A DNA stretch of 64,000 bases from an uncultured Candidatus Saccharibacteria bacterium (GCA_964394435.1 CAYMXN010000002.1:206196-270195); one strand, 5' to 3'; shown: positions 19,770-29,771, counted from the first letter of the stretch. Notes: generated by a model not told the origin, from the sequence alone. Numbers and translations are program-made.

Positions 19770-21383
19770 TTACGCTTTGGCGATGCGGACGTGGAAGGTG
19801 GAGCCTTTGTTGCGTCCTTCTGATTCTGCCCAAATCTCGCCATGATGAGCGAGCATAATTTGCTTGGCGATATATAAGCCCAATCCAGTGCCTTGGATTT
19901 TTTTAGCGACCCCAGCTTCACGATGGAATTGCTCAAAGAGGGTAGGGATGATGGCTGGGTCCATGCCACCACCCGAGTCCTTAATAGTGATGAGGATACT
20001 CTTTTGCTCTTCGGCGATTGTTACATTGATAAATCCAGTTTCGGTGTACTTAATTGAGTTGTCGATTAGGTTTTCGATAACCTGGCGCATTTTGATCGTA
20101 TCAATCGAAGCGTTTAATAGTGGAGCGCTGGTATTAAAGTTGAGCTCGAGCCCTTTTTGTTTGGCGACTGGCTTAAAGTCTTCAACAATGCCGCGAGTAA
20201 AGGCGACCATGTCTTTGAGTTCGAGGTTGTATTCCATTTTTCCCTCTTCAAGCTTGCGGATGTTTAAGAATTCATCAACCAGACGAATCGCACGATCACC
20301 CGTACTTTTGATTTTGTAGGCGGTATCAAGAATTTGAGCCTCTTCGTTGTAGGTCTTGTCATAGATTAAGCTCGCCCATTGTTTCATCTTAGAAACAGGG
20401 GACTTGAGGTCGTGGCTAGCAAAGGAGAGAAACTCGTCTTTTTGCTTGTCGAGTTCTTTGAGCTTCTCGTTGGCAATGGCTAAGTCGGTGGTCAGTGTTT
20501 GGAGCTTTTCTTTTTGTTCGATTTCGCGCCGAACTCCTTTAATAAGGAGGACGCCAAAACTCATAACGAGGCTGAATACGCCAGCACGGAAAATAACAGT
20601 TTCGATATTAGTAGAAAAGATAATTTCGATAAATGTAACAATGGCGAGCAAGACGGTAAGAATCTCGGTTGTTACTACTTTAACGTTAAGGAGGTGGTGC
20701 TTGATAATTGAGTAGTAGGTGAGGGCGATGAGTGGGAAAATAAAGACTGCACCGAGGGGGATGTAGCGACTATTGTCTAAAAATGCAGGAAGTACAAAGT
20801 TGAAAATGATATGAAGGGCGAATGTGATAACACCTCCCGCGATAATGAATGAGAACTTATGTCGTTCTTCTTTCGTAGCTCGGCGAGTGCGTAGAAAAAG
20901 TGAGCCGAAGGCGAGCGTTACTAATCCAAGAATAGCTGCGCCAAACAAGAAGATTCCTAGTCCGTTTTTAACATCTTCGATTCTGCCGGTCGCCGAGAAT
21001 GCTGTAATTTGCGTGAAAACAAGCGGGGTGAGGGTGATGGCTGAAATGATCGCGACGACTGGAGTGAGGACGCGGCGGTATATATTGGGGAAAATAAACT
21101 GCTCTTTAGGAAATACAAAAAAGAGACGAAAGAGGAAATAGGTATACCAAATTGCAAAAAATGCGTGAAGACGAAGGAGCCAAAGTGTTATTTCTGGTGA
21201 TTGGCTCGGTTGGTAGTAGGCGTAGTTAAAGATACTCCATATTGCTGCGGCGAGTGCGAAATAGAAAAACGCTCGGTTTGTCGTACTTTTTTGATTATTA
21301 AGAAATACAACAAATCCAAGAATACCTATGGTGGCGATAGCTATTCCAACTGAAAGAAGATCGAGATTTTGAAAGGCGCCCAT
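19770..21383 (-). CDS. Multi-TM sensor histidine kinase (7TM-type input region, HisKA, HATPase)
   Basis: About nine hydrophobic helices in the first 285 aa; ASHDLKSP H-box, NLIDNSIKYT N-box, DSGGGM and GTGLGL G-boxes. Confidence 0.93.
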   Translation of the reverse strand: MGAFQNLDLLSVGIAIATIGILGFVVFLNNQKSTTNRAFFYFALAAAIWSIFNYAYYQPSQSPEITLWLLRLHAFFAIWYTYFLFRLFFVFPKEQFIFPNIYRRVLTPVVAIISAITLTPLVFTQITAFSATGRIEDVKNGLGIFLFGAAILGLVTLAFGSLFLRTRRATKEERHKFSFIIAGGVITFALHIIFNFVLPAFLDNSRYIPLGAVFIFPLIALTYYSIIKHHLLNVKVVTTEILTVLLAIVTFIEIIFSTNIETVIFRAGVFSLVMSFGVLLIKGVRREIEQKEKLQTLTTDLAIANEKLKELDKQKDEFLSFASHDLKSPVSKMKQWASLIYDKTYNEEAQILDTAYKIKSTGDRAIRLVDEFLNIRKLEEGKMEYNLELKDMVAFTRGIVEDFKPVAKQKGLELNFNTSAPLLNASIDTIKMRQVIENLIDNSIKYTETGFINVTIAEEQKSILITIKDSGGGMDPAIIPTLFEQFHREAGVAKKIQGTGLGLYIAKQIMLAHHGEIWAESEGRNKGSTFHVRIAKA

Positions 21384-21413
21384 ACAAATTAAGTATAGCG
21401 CATTTCATGAGTG

Positions 21414-22472
21414 CTATTTCGTTTTGTACTGGATACGTGGTGCTTGCTTTGATGAGCGTGCGGTTGGATCTCCGTCTTTGCCGATACGAAAGGTGATAGC
21501 GATCAGTTCTTTTGGATTTCCAAGGGCCTTTTGCGTTTCTTTGTATGCTTGGCGGATTACTTCTTGGTGTTTTTGTGAGAGCAGATTATTTAACGCGCCA
21601 GCAGCTACGCCCTGATAGAAAAAGAGCGTCCCAGTCATAAGGTGGCAACTAAGTTTGTATGTGGTTGCGATAAGCCAGATGCGTTGCATAAGCTGTCCGG
21701 CCGCAAGAAACGCCTCGTCGGCATCAGGTATGGTGATCGCACCGATGGCTGGTGTTTTTGCGTATGTCTTTGCGTTGCTTGCGGCGATGCCTTTTGCTGC
21801 GCCGATGTGATTAAGTAGGTTCATTAATTTCCATGAACGAAATAGCTTGAGTGCTAGGCGTTGTGGTGCCGCAAGCTCCATAGTCATAAGATAGAGGCCA
21901 CTCTTTTTTTGTTTTTCTTCAGCTTCAGTCCAAACAATTTCGCTTGTGAAAAGTTTGTGCAGTTCTTGATTTTCGAGAGTGATTATTTCATTAACACTCG
22001 CTGTCCGAGCTAATTCTTTTATATCTTGTGCAGCTTCGGCGAAAAGGAGCTTGCAGGAGTCAAACGGTTGGGCGGCGCTTAATAATTCTTGTTTAATAGT
22101 GGGGCTTAGCGCTTCTGTTTTATATGGCTTTCGATTGGTAGTGCGGCTAAAAATCGCTTCGTAGAGGCGTGTTGGATGCGCTTCGGTTTTTATGAGGTTG
22201 ATTGTGGCGGTGATATTCTGATTTGTTTTGTCTGGGAAGAGCTTGATATTTGCTTGATATCCGAAATGTTCAGCAGCGATGCGTATATTTTCGATTAGTG
22301 CTCCATGGGCGAAGAGGGTGCCGCGATTGCGAAAGTTGAGGACCGGGTGGTCTTTCTCTGGTTCGGCGATAACGGTTATCGCATTTTCAGAAACTTCAAA
22401 TCGCCATGGCTGTGAGTTGCTCCCTGATGGCGCCTGGCAGCCAGCTTCGATAATTTTTTGGATATCATTCAT
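21414..22472 (-). CDS. Nitroreductase-like flavoprotein (Acg/TyzC-like, tandem domains)
   Basis: APSGSNSQPWRF, GALIENIRIAA, IFSRTTNRKPY, AGQLMQRIWL, FRIG. Confidence 0.88.
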   Translation of the reverse strand: MNDIQKIIEAGCQAPSGSNSQPWRFEVSENAITVIAEPEKDHPVLNFRNRGTLFAHGALIENIRIAAEHFGYQANIKLFPDKTNQNITATINLIKTEAHPTRLYEAIFSRTTNRKPYKTEALSPTIKQELLSAAQPFDSCKLLFAEAAQDIKELARTASVNEIITLENQELHKLFTSEIVWTEAEEKQKKSGLYLMTMELAAPQRLALKLFRSWKLMNLLNHIGAAKGIAASNAKTYAKTPAIGAITIPDADEAFLAAGQLMQRIWLIATTYKLSCHLMTGTLFFYQGVAAGALNNLLSQKHQEVIRQAYKETQKALGNPKELIAITFRIGKDGDPTARSSKQAPRIQYKTK

Positions 22473-22486
22473 ATTGTTTAGTATAC

Positions 22487-22514
22487 CAAAAACCGCCCAT
22501 TTGGGCGGTTTTTG
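22487..22514. terminator. Hairpin between ThiF and nitroreductase genes
   Basis: AAAAACCGCCCA-TT-TGGGCGGTTTTT. Confidence 0.75.
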
Positions 22515-22522
22515 GTTGGTTG

Positions 22523-23680
22523 TTATTTCTGATGCATCATTTTCCAGATGAACTTGAGGAGGGTTTTTTTACGAGAGAGTTTTTGGCTTATCGAGTTATA
22601 TCCGGAGATAAAGGTCGCCTCGGTGCTCATTTGGCGACGGCCAGACTTTATTTTCGGGTTTTTGAGAATGATTTCTCGGGAGAGGTAGGCGAGGATGGTG
22701 CCACACATATTAGCGGCGGTGCCAAGCTGCGGCCAGGAGTAGAGCGACGTGCCTACTTCGGCGACTGATTCGAGCATACGTGGGACTACAAGGTTTGCTC
22801 CGGCGATTTTTCCAGCAACTTTCGGTAAATCTTTCGGCGGCATATGTTTTAATCCTTCAGCTGAAAGTTTACCGGCGAGACCGTGGAAGATAGGGTAGGA
22901 CTTGCTGATGTCGTAGCGCTCAACGTCGGTAATTACGCCATCGCCATTGTCAGTCGCCATAATTGTGGCGATGCCGCGCTTACGTGCCTCTTCTCGAGAT
23001 TTAAATTTGAAATATGGATTATCCATCTCTTCGATAAAGACGTTTAGTCTTGGAGCTTCGAAGAACTCACTCATCATCGCTTCGGAAAATCCTTCGGTGT
23101 AGAGAATGATGTTGGCGTACGGGTTTAATTCGTAGATTGAGCGGGCGACAACCATCGCTTTATTTGTGCCGATGTTTTGTGCGCCGGTGCGGATGCGATT
23201 GAGGTTTGGTCCAGAAATTGTGTCGGGATCAGCGAGCTTAATGGTCTTTGCTCCGCCGGTCATCGCGATAGTGAGCGCCGCGTGGCTACCGACTGAAAGA
23301 CCAGCGATGCCAATTACTCCCTCATAGTAGGCTTCTTGTTCAGCTTTGGTGATTAGGAGTTTATTGCGACCGGTGCGCATCTCAAAATGCAGTTCTTCTG
23401 GGATGTAATGGACGAGTTGGTTATTCCACGGAAAGTAAAACCAGGTGCCGTCTTCGTCCGGGTTACGCTGATTGCGCTGTTGTTTTACGAAAAGCTCAAA
23501 GTCGGTCTGATAGTTTTTATCAAACTTATATTTTGGGTTACGGAGCAGAAACAGTTCTTCGAGTTGAGCGGTGTACTGGTCGACAATTTGTAGTTCAGGG
23601 TGTTCGGCCTGAAGTTTTTTAATGTCGGCAATGTTTATTTTGATCGGCTTCCAGTCGGTGCGATTGATTTGTTCCTGCAT
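22523..23680 (-). CDS. ThiF-family adenylyltransferase, Rv1355c/MoeY (OxzB/TyzB)-like
   Basis: WFYFPW, RNKLLIT..EQ, GIAGLSVG, LADPD.I...NLNR, DVERYD, SWPQLG motifs recalled from the Rv1355c family. Confidence 0.85.
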   Translation of the reverse strand: MQEQINRTDWKPIKINIADIKKLQAEHPELQIVDQYTAQLEELFLLRNPKYKFDKNYQTDFELFVKQQRNQRNPDEDGTWFYFPWNNQLVHYIPEELHFEMRTGRNKLLITKAEQEAYYEGVIGIAGLSVGSHAALTIAMTGGAKTIKLADPDTISGPNLNRIRTGAQNIGTNKAMVVARSIYELNPYANIILYTEGFSEAMMSEFFEAPRLNVFIEEMDNPYFKFKSREEARKRGIATIMATDNGDGVITDVERYDISKSYPIFHGLAGKLSAEGLKHMPPKDLPKVAGKIAGANLVVPRMLESVAEVGTSLYSWPQLGTAANMCGTILAYLSREIILKNPKIKSGRRQMSTEATFISGYNSISQKLSRKKTLLKFIWKMMHQK

Positions 23681-23688
23681 ACGATAGT

Positions 23689-25188
23689 TTATTTTTTAAC
23701 CCACTTCTGCTTAACACCTGGACGGAAATACGTCGGATCTTCGCATGGCCAGAACTGAAGCTTTGGCATTGCGCGGTCTCCTAGGTAGTTAGAGAGTTCG
23801 CGGAATTCGGAGTTTTTGTGGCGGAGGTTAGTAATGATACGGTGGAGGGCGAGCTTTTCCAATTTCTGATTAGCTTTTTTGCCTTTGCGGAGCTCGAGGT
23901 TTATTTCAAGATACTGGTCGTGTTTTTTATCAAAGCGGGTGATCATCGTGCACTTACCCGTGAGTGAGTCGGTGAGGGGCTTTTCGAGTAAGACTTCGCG
24001 AATCGTTTCCGGATAAATCTGGAGGCCGTAGAGCGTAGTTGAGAAGTCGGTGCGCTCATAGACGTGTACGAACGGGAGGCGATAGAGGCAGTCGGAAATT
24101 CCCGCATCTTGAGCGGCTTTTTCGATCGAGAGGCCTGATGAGGCGAGCTTTTTTTCCATTTCGGCAAAACTCGTTGAACCGCCATGGTCGCCGACTGCGT
24201 AGCGAATGAGCGGAATGGTGTTGTCGCCCGTTAACAGGATCTCGCCTTGCGGTGCCTCAAAGGTCATAAAGTACGGGTTGTATTGGGCAAGCGTCGGCGT
24301 CTTGCTGGCGGATGAAAATATTTTCTCAAAGAGTGATTTGTCTTTGATTGCTAAGCGGCGAAGCATAATTGACGTTGGTGTTTCAAACGCCATCGCGCCG
24401 ATATCAGCGGTTCCATAGATATTTAGTGTGTCGCGGCAAACGTTGCGGATGCCAGCTTTTTCTTTGAGATGGTCGCGGAGTTTTTCTGGGAACGCTTCAG
24501 CGGCGAATAAGAAGCGTGTGTTTAATTTTTTGAGATCAACTCCTTCGGTTTTTGCTTCATCGACAATGTCTTTAATGAATGGGGGATAGCCGACGATGAT
24601 GGTTTGTTCGTAGTTTGGGGCGATTTGGCGCAGGGCCTTAAAAATTTCTACTTTATTAATACCCGGGGTGAGGATAGAGACCGGATAGTTGTTTTCGCGA
24701 CCGGCGATTTCAAACGCTTGGTAGGTGATCAGTCCGCCAATCCACACGCCCATACCAAAGCCAATTAATACAAAGGTTGATTTATTAATACCGAGTGAGC
24801 TATTACGAAGGTATGAGTTTATGAGCGAGGAGTATTGCCAATCGAGCTGGTGTCCGCGGGGGAAGTAAAATGGCTCGCCGGTTGATCCGGAGGTTGAAGT
24901 AAATACGAGTGGGGTTTTGAGTGTGCCGTCCCAGCAGAGTTTTTCGAGCGGATACTGCTTGAGATAGTCTTTTTTAGATACAGTCGGAACTAATTGAAAA
25001 TCAGCGAAGGTTTTGATCTTATCAGGATTAACTTTGTTTTTCTTTAAAAAATCTTTATAGGCCGGGACGCGTTTGGCGGCGTCGTGAAACAGGGTGAGGG
25101 CGTTTTGTTCGCGTAGTTTTGCCCAAAATGCAGCCGGTTTTGTTTCTACTTGTTTAGCGATTTCGAGGGCAGATAGCTTTGGTTTCAT
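23689..25188 (-). CDS. Phenylacetate-CoA ligase (PaaK)-family adenylate-forming enzyme
   Basis: VPAYKDF, TSTSGSTGEP, GYPPF, YGTADIG, PLIRYAVGD. Confidence 0.88.
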   Translation of the reverse strand: MKPKLSALEIAKQVETKPAAFWAKLREQNALTLFHDAAKRVPAYKDFLKKNKVNPDKIKTFADFQLVPTVSKKDYLKQYPLEKLCWDGTLKTPLVFTSTSGSTGEPFYFPRGHQLDWQYSSLINSYLRNSSLGINKSTFVLIGFGMGVWIGGLITYQAFEIAGRENNYPVSILTPGINKVEIFKALRQIAPNYEQTIIVGYPPFIKDIVDEAKTEGVDLKKLNTRFLFAAEAFPEKLRDHLKEKAGIRNVCRDTLNIYGTADIGAMAFETPTSIMLRRLAIKDKSLFEKIFSSASKTPTLAQYNPYFMTFEAPQGEILLTGDNTIPLIRYAVGDHGGSTSFAEMEKKLASSGLSIEKAAQDAGISDCLYRLPFVHVYERTDFSTTLYGLQIYPETIREVLLEKPLTDSLTGKCTMITRFDKKHDQYLEINLELRKGKKANQKLEKLALHRIITNLRHKNSEFRELSNYLGDRAMPKLQFWPCEDPTYFRPGVKQKWVKK

Positions 25189-25193
25189 CGTGC

Positions 25194-26258
25194 TTATTTA
25201 GCTTTAGTTGTTTGTTTGTGAAATATCTCTTCGCCGAGTTCATCGGCGATGCGGCTTGGGGAGAGATGTTTCTTTTTCGAGAGGAATAAGATCGTGCTTA
25301 GGGTGTTTTTGACGTTTTCTACGCGGCGAAGTACTCGATTGCGGTCGTAGCCATTTGATTCGAGCTCGTCGACGACGTTGATGAGTCCGCCCGCGTTGGC
25401 GACGTAATCTGGGACGAACAAGATGTCGCGCTTAAAGAGTTCATCGCTAATTTCAGTTGAAGAAAGTTGGTTATTGGCTCCTCCGCAGACGATTTTCGCT
25501 TTAACTTCTTTGTGATTTTTTTCGTTGATGTCGTTGCCAAGTGCGCACGGTGAGAAGATGTCGACGGGAAGGGAGTGGATAGTTTCTACGGGAACTACTT
25601 CGAGATCAGGAATTTCTGCTTTTATTTTAGTGATAGCGTTTTCGCGAATGTCAGCGATGATGACGCGTGCACCGTCTTGTTTGACGAGGCGAACGAGCTC
25701 TCCACCTACCTTGCCGACTCCTTTAATGGCGATCGTGAGTCCTTTGAGCGTGGTAAGGCCTAATTTTTCTTGAACGGCGGTGAGGATGGAGTGGTAGGTC
25801 GAGAGGGCGGCGTATGGAGATGGATCGCCGGCGATACCTCTGCGACCGATAAAAAAATCAGACTCTTCGAGCATGATTTGTACATCATCCTCGGTGAGTC
25901 CGACATCTTCGCCCGTAATAAACCGTCCGTTTAACTTCTTAATAACTCGCGCATACGCTCTGATTAATGATTCGTTTTTGTCATGATCCGGATTTCCAAT
26001 GATAACCGCCTTGCCTCCACCGTGTGGTACGCCAGCAAGTGCGCATTTGTACGTCATCGCGCGCGAAAGGCGTAATGCATCAATAAGCGCTGTTTTCTCG
26101 TTTTCATATGGAAACATACGGGTTCCTCCGACTGCTGGGCCGAGGTTTTCATTATGAATGGCAATAAAGCCTTTTAGTTTTGTCTCTGGGTCTTTAAAAC
26201 TGACGACCATCTTGTAGTCATCAAGTGCTGGCAATTGTTCTATCTCAACGTCTTTCAT
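25194..26258 (-). CDS. Leu/Phe/Val dehydrogenase (ELFV family)
   Basis: GPAVGGTRM, MTYKCALAG, GGGKAVI, TGEDVG, GVGKVG, GGANNQL, PDYVANAGG. Confidence 0.93.
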   Translation of the reverse strand: MKDVEIEQLPALDDYKMVVSFKDPETKLKGFIAIHNENLGPAVGGTRMFPYENEKTALIDALRLSRAMTYKCALAGVPHGGGKAVIIGNPDHDKNESLIRAYARVIKKLNGRFITGEDVGLTEDDVQIMLEESDFFIGRRGIAGDPSPYAALSTYHSILTAVQEKLGLTTLKGLTIAIKGVGKVGGELVRLVKQDGARVIIADIRENAITKIKAEIPDLEVVPVETIHSLPVDIFSPCALGNDINEKNHKEVKAKIVCGGANNQLSSTEISDELFKRDILFVPDYVANAGGLINVVDELESNGYDRNRVLRRVENVKNTLSTILFLSKKKHLSPSRIADELGEEIFHKQTTKAK

Positions 26259-26290
26259 TCGAGTAATTACTTGGTTTGCTGAATATGGCT

Positions 26291-26318
26291 ATTGTAGCAT
26301 ATTTTTCAGATTTGACAA
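26291..26318 (-). promoter_or_regulatory. Promoter of dehydrogenase-ligase-ThiF operon
   Basis: TTGTCA-16 nt-TACAAT with an extended -10 TG. Confidence 0.55.
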
Positions 26319-26367
26319 ATTCTCCCAATTCTTGGGTTTTATTATGTCCGCGTTATTTTCGTGAGGC

Positions 26368-27252
26368 TTAGTCGTAGATCGCGTTGGCGATAACAAATGG
26401 GACGTTGCCTGTTTCGAGAGGGATGTTGCTGGTAATGCCGTCGCTCCAGGCAAAGTCGCTTGTCGAGGCGATATAGACCGAGAGGCTATCAGTTGTGCCT
26501 TCGGCATTGGCGAAGTTACTTGAGTCGATGCGGACTTTAAATGTTTTTACTGTTCCTGGTGTTATAGAGAAGTTCGGGGTGAAGGTGACGGTGCACATAT
26601 TTCCGGTGGTCGGGGTGCAGGTCTGCGCGGTTGAGCCCGTGAGGCTTTTGAGACTTACGCTAAATGGCGTTGAACCGCTGGCTACTGCTCCGCCAGCAAA
26701 AGTGAGCGTGAATGAACTTAGCGTTGATACTGATGTTGGGTCGGCGGTCAGCGTCATAGTGCCTACATCGTCGACTGCGGCGCGTACGCGGCGGGTTGGG
26801 AGTATTGGCTGGCTTAAGGTAGTTCCGCTTACGGAGAGCGTTGGAGTTGCCGGGGTCGTTGAAACTGTTTGGGGTATTGCAGGAATAGGTGCGGCGGTGA
26901 TTGGTGTTGGCTCTGGAGTTGGGGTTGTTATGGGGGTTTGGACGATCTCGAGTTTAGCGAGGGCGCTGCGAGTGAGTGGACCGACTATGCCGATAGCCGG
27001 ACTGATCTTTTGATCTTTTTGAAACTGAATAACTGCTTCTTTTGTTTTTGTGCCGAAATAACCGATTGGCTCGGCGGTTAATAGATTTCTCTTAGCAAGC
27101 AGTTGTTGCAGGCAGAGTACGTCAGCGCCCTTGCTTCCACGTTGGAGGGTGCGCGTAAGAGGGCAGGTGGCGGCGCTGGAGGTTTTTATAAGCAGAATCG
27201 CGGCTAATGCCGCGAAGGTGAAGATTGCTATTTCTTTTCGGGTAGGGGTCAT
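26368..27252 (-). CDS. Secreted peptidoglycan-binding-domain protein with Pro/Thr linker and beta-rich C-domain
   Basis: Signal peptide; LQRGSKGADVLCLQ..GYFGTKTKEAVIQFQ..GIVGPLTR; PITTPTPEPTP linker. Confidence 0.85.
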   Translation of the reverse strand: MTPTRKEIAIFTFAALAAILLIKTSSAATCPLTRTLQRGSKGADVLCLQQLLAKRNLLTAEPIGYFGTKTKEAVIQFQKDQKISPAIGIVGPLTRSALAKLEIVQTPITTPTPEPTPITAAPIPAIPQTVSTTPATPTLSVSGTTLSQPILPTRRVRAAVDDVGTMTLTADPTSVSTLSSFTLTFAGGAVASGSTPFSVSLKSLTGSTAQTCTPTTGNMCTVTFTPNFSITPGTVKTFKVRIDSSNFANAEGTTDSLSVYIASTSDFAWSDGITSNIPLETGNVPFVIANAIYD

Positions 27253-27344
27253 ACGTTTTTACTGTAACGCTTATATATTTAGAGTAGCATGGCTTTCTTT
27301 GTATATCCATTTCGGCTCTTTTGAATCGGGGATATAATTGATGT

Positions 27345-29162
27345 ATGAAATTGTTTAGTTTAGAGCTAGGCGGGGGGCCGCTTGCGCAGATGTTTCGAAA
27401 TATGATTCGGATTACTGCGATGGTTTGGCGCAAAAATAAGCGCTTGGTTCTTTTCTCTGCCTTAATGTCTGCGATTATGTCAGCAGCCCCTTTTTTCTTT
27501 GCTGGTTCGCGAGGGTTATTGATTGATGATTTGATCGCGCATACAGGGAGCGGGAGTTTTGCTTCCTCAATAGTGTTCTACTTAGCGCTAACTCTAGCGT
27601 CTGGGCTTTTAATGCCAATTTCTACGGCTGTTGCTGTTTATTTAGAGAAGTATTTTTATTTTGAGTTAGATGAGCAGTTTGAGTTTTTAATAATTAAGCG
27701 TCAGGCAGAGCTTGATATTGCTGTTCATGAGGATCCGACTTATAACGATCTTTTTAATAGAGTCAGGGAAAATGGTCTATGGCGCGTGCAGAATTTTATT
27801 AGTAGGGAGTTTTATATTTTTCAAAATATTCTAGAAATTATCATCGCATTTATTATTCTCGCGGCGGTGAACTGGTGGCTGATTGTTGTTCTTTTACTAT
27901 GCACAATTCCAGAGATGATAGTTCAGGTCAAATATGGAAATTATGAGTGGGGAGTTTGGGCTGGGCACTCTGAAGAGCGTCGACATTATTGGGTTGCGCG
28001 AGGCCAGTTTGATGTTGTTTCGTCGCTTATTGAGTTGCGTCTTTTTCAGAGTGTTTCATATTTTATTGCACGACTAAAAGAGCTTTTTGGTTCTGTGCGT
28101 AGCAAGCAGAGAAAGAATGAGCGGCGAAGGTTTATTCATCAGATGTTGGCGCTTATCCTTGGACAACTCGCCATTGCTTTTGCGATGGGTTGGTTTGTCT
28201 ATCTTGTGACTAAGGGAGAGCTGCTTATTGGTGCATTTACTTTCTTTTTAGCTTCGATAACTGACTTACGTCAATCATTTTCCTCATTGTTCGGAAACAT
28301 TGGAAGGCAGTATCAGGATAGTCTGTTCCTTACAGATGTATTTAGATTGCTTGATATTAAGTCTGTTATTTCTCAATCAACTCAGCCAATTCATCTTGAT
28401 AGCTCGCGTGCTCCGGCTATTGTTTTTGATAATGTTACGTTTCGGTATCCGAATACGTCAGTTGATGTCCTTAAAAACTTTTCACTTACGATTGAGTCTG
28501 GCGAAAAAGTGGCAATTGTTGGGGTTAATGGTGCCGGCAAAACAACATTAATTAAGTTGTTGTGTCGATTCTATGATCCAACCGAAGGAAGAATTTTGGT
28601 TGATGGATATGATTTGCGAGAGATAGATATTGAGAGTTGGTATCATGTCGTAGGTGCATTGTTTCAGGAGTATGTTAAATATGAGCTTGTTGTAAGCCAG
28701 GCAATTGCGCTTGGTAGGGTGGCGGATGTAAAAAATACTGAGCGTATCAAGCTTTCTGGTCAACAAGCAGAGGCGGATGTATTTATAAATGAGTGGGCGA
28801 ATAAGTATGAGCAACAACTTGGCAATCAGTTTAGTGGTGGGGTTGAGCCTTCGATTGGACAATGGCAAAAGTTAGCCTTAGCTCGTGCATTTTATCGTGA
28901 TCCGCGCGTATTTATTCTTGATGAGCCAACGTCTTCAATTGATGCCGAGGCTGAAGCCAAGATTTTTGAGAAGCTTGAGGGGTTGCCAAAAGATAGAACT
29001 GTTATTCTTATTTCTCATAGATTTTCTACAGTTAGGCAGGCAAATAAAATTGCAGTCATTGAGGGTGGCAAATTGAGTGAGCTTGGGACGCACAAAGAGC
29101 TGTTAAAAGAAAATGGAACATATGCGAGGTTGTTTAAAATGCAGGCGAAGGGGTATATATAA
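27345..29162 (+). CDS. ABC exporter, fused permease/ATPase
   Basis: TM region; GVNGAGKTT Walker A; PSIGQWQK signature variant; ILDEPTS; SHRFSTV. Confidence 0.93.
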   Translation: MKLFSLELGGGPLAQMFRNMIRITAMVWRKNKRLVLFSALMSAIMSAAPFFFAGSRGLLIDDLIAHTGSGSFASSIVFYLALTLASGLLMPISTAVAVYLEKYFYFELDEQFEFLIIKRQAELDIAVHEDPTYNDLFNRVRENGLWRVQNFISREFYIFQNILEIIIAFIILAAVNWWLIVVLLLCTIPEMIVQVKYGNYEWGVWAGHSEERRHYWVARGQFDVVSSLIELRLFQSVSYFIARLKELFGSVRSKQRKNERRRFIHQMLALILGQLAIAFAMGWFVYLVTKGELLIGAFTFFLASITDLRQSFSSLFGNIGRQYQDSLFLTDVFRLLDIKSVISQSTQPIHLDSSRAPAIVFDNVTFRYPNTSVDVLKNFSLTIESGEKVAIVGVNGAGKTTLIKLLCRFYDPTEGRILVDGYDLREIDIESWYHVVGALFQEYVKYELVVSQAIALGRVADVKNTERIKLSGQQAEADVFINEWANKYEQQLGNQFSGGVEPSIGQWQKLALARAFYRDPRVFILDEPTSSIDAEAEAKIFEKLEGLPKDRTVILISHRFSTVRQANKIAVIEGGKLSELGTHKELLKENGTYARLFKMQAKGYI

Positions 29163-29165
29163 AGA

Positions 29166-29771
29166 ATGAGTTCTTTGTTTTGGGATGAGATTTATGCGAA
29201 AGAGAGTCCATTTGGCGATGGGCCGATTCAGATTGTGCAAAAAGCACTTCTCTATCAGCGGGGAGGTAGAGCACTTGATTTGGGTGCCGGATATGGTCGG
29301 CACGCGATTTTTTTAGCTCAAAACGGATTTGCTGTTGATGCGATTGAGTACTCAAGCGTGGGGGCGCAGCGAATGCGCAGTGCTGCTCTTGAGAGACAGC
29401 TGCCGCTGACTGTTTTTGAACAAGATGTGCATCAATTTCAGCCAGCTCATGAGTATGAGTTGGTTGTAAACGCTTATGTGCTTCACGAGCTATCCCGCGT
29501 AGATGGTCTTGAGGTTGTTGCTAAGATGCAGCAACTTACTGTTCTAGGGGGATTGAATGTTATTACTTCGTTTACGCAATCCGGGGATTTTTTTGAAGAG
29601 TATCCAGAGACTGAAAAGTTGTATTTTAAACAGGATGAGCTTCGGGCGTTATATGCCGATTGGGAGATTCTTTCGTATGAAGAGATGCGGCGACAGGCGA
29701 TGGTGAAAAAGCCCGATGGAACGCGCAAGCATAATATCGTAGCGATGCTGTTGGCGCGAAAGAAATTTTAA
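29166..29771 (+). CDS. SAM-dependent methyltransferase (TehB-like)
   Basis: ALDLGAGYGRHAIFLA, YFKQDELRALY.DWEILSY.E. Confidence 0.88.
   Translation: MSSLFWDEIYAKESPFGDGPIQIVQKALLYQRGGRALDLGAGYGRHAIFLAQNGFAVDAIEYSSVGAQRMRSAALERQLPLTVFEQDVHQFQPAHEYELVVNAYVLHELSRVDGLEVVAKMQQLTVLGGLNVITSFTQSGDFFEEYPETEKLYFKQDELRALYADWEILSYEEMRRQAMVKKPDGTRKHNIVAMLLARKKF

Noticed and set aside
22523-23680. ThiF as thiamine/molybdopterin, microcin C or ubiquitin-like defence E1 enzyme
   Set aside because: No sulfur carrier, precursor peptide, E2 or JAB gene is adjacent; motifs and the nitroreductase neighbour fit the Rv1355c/OxzB type better.
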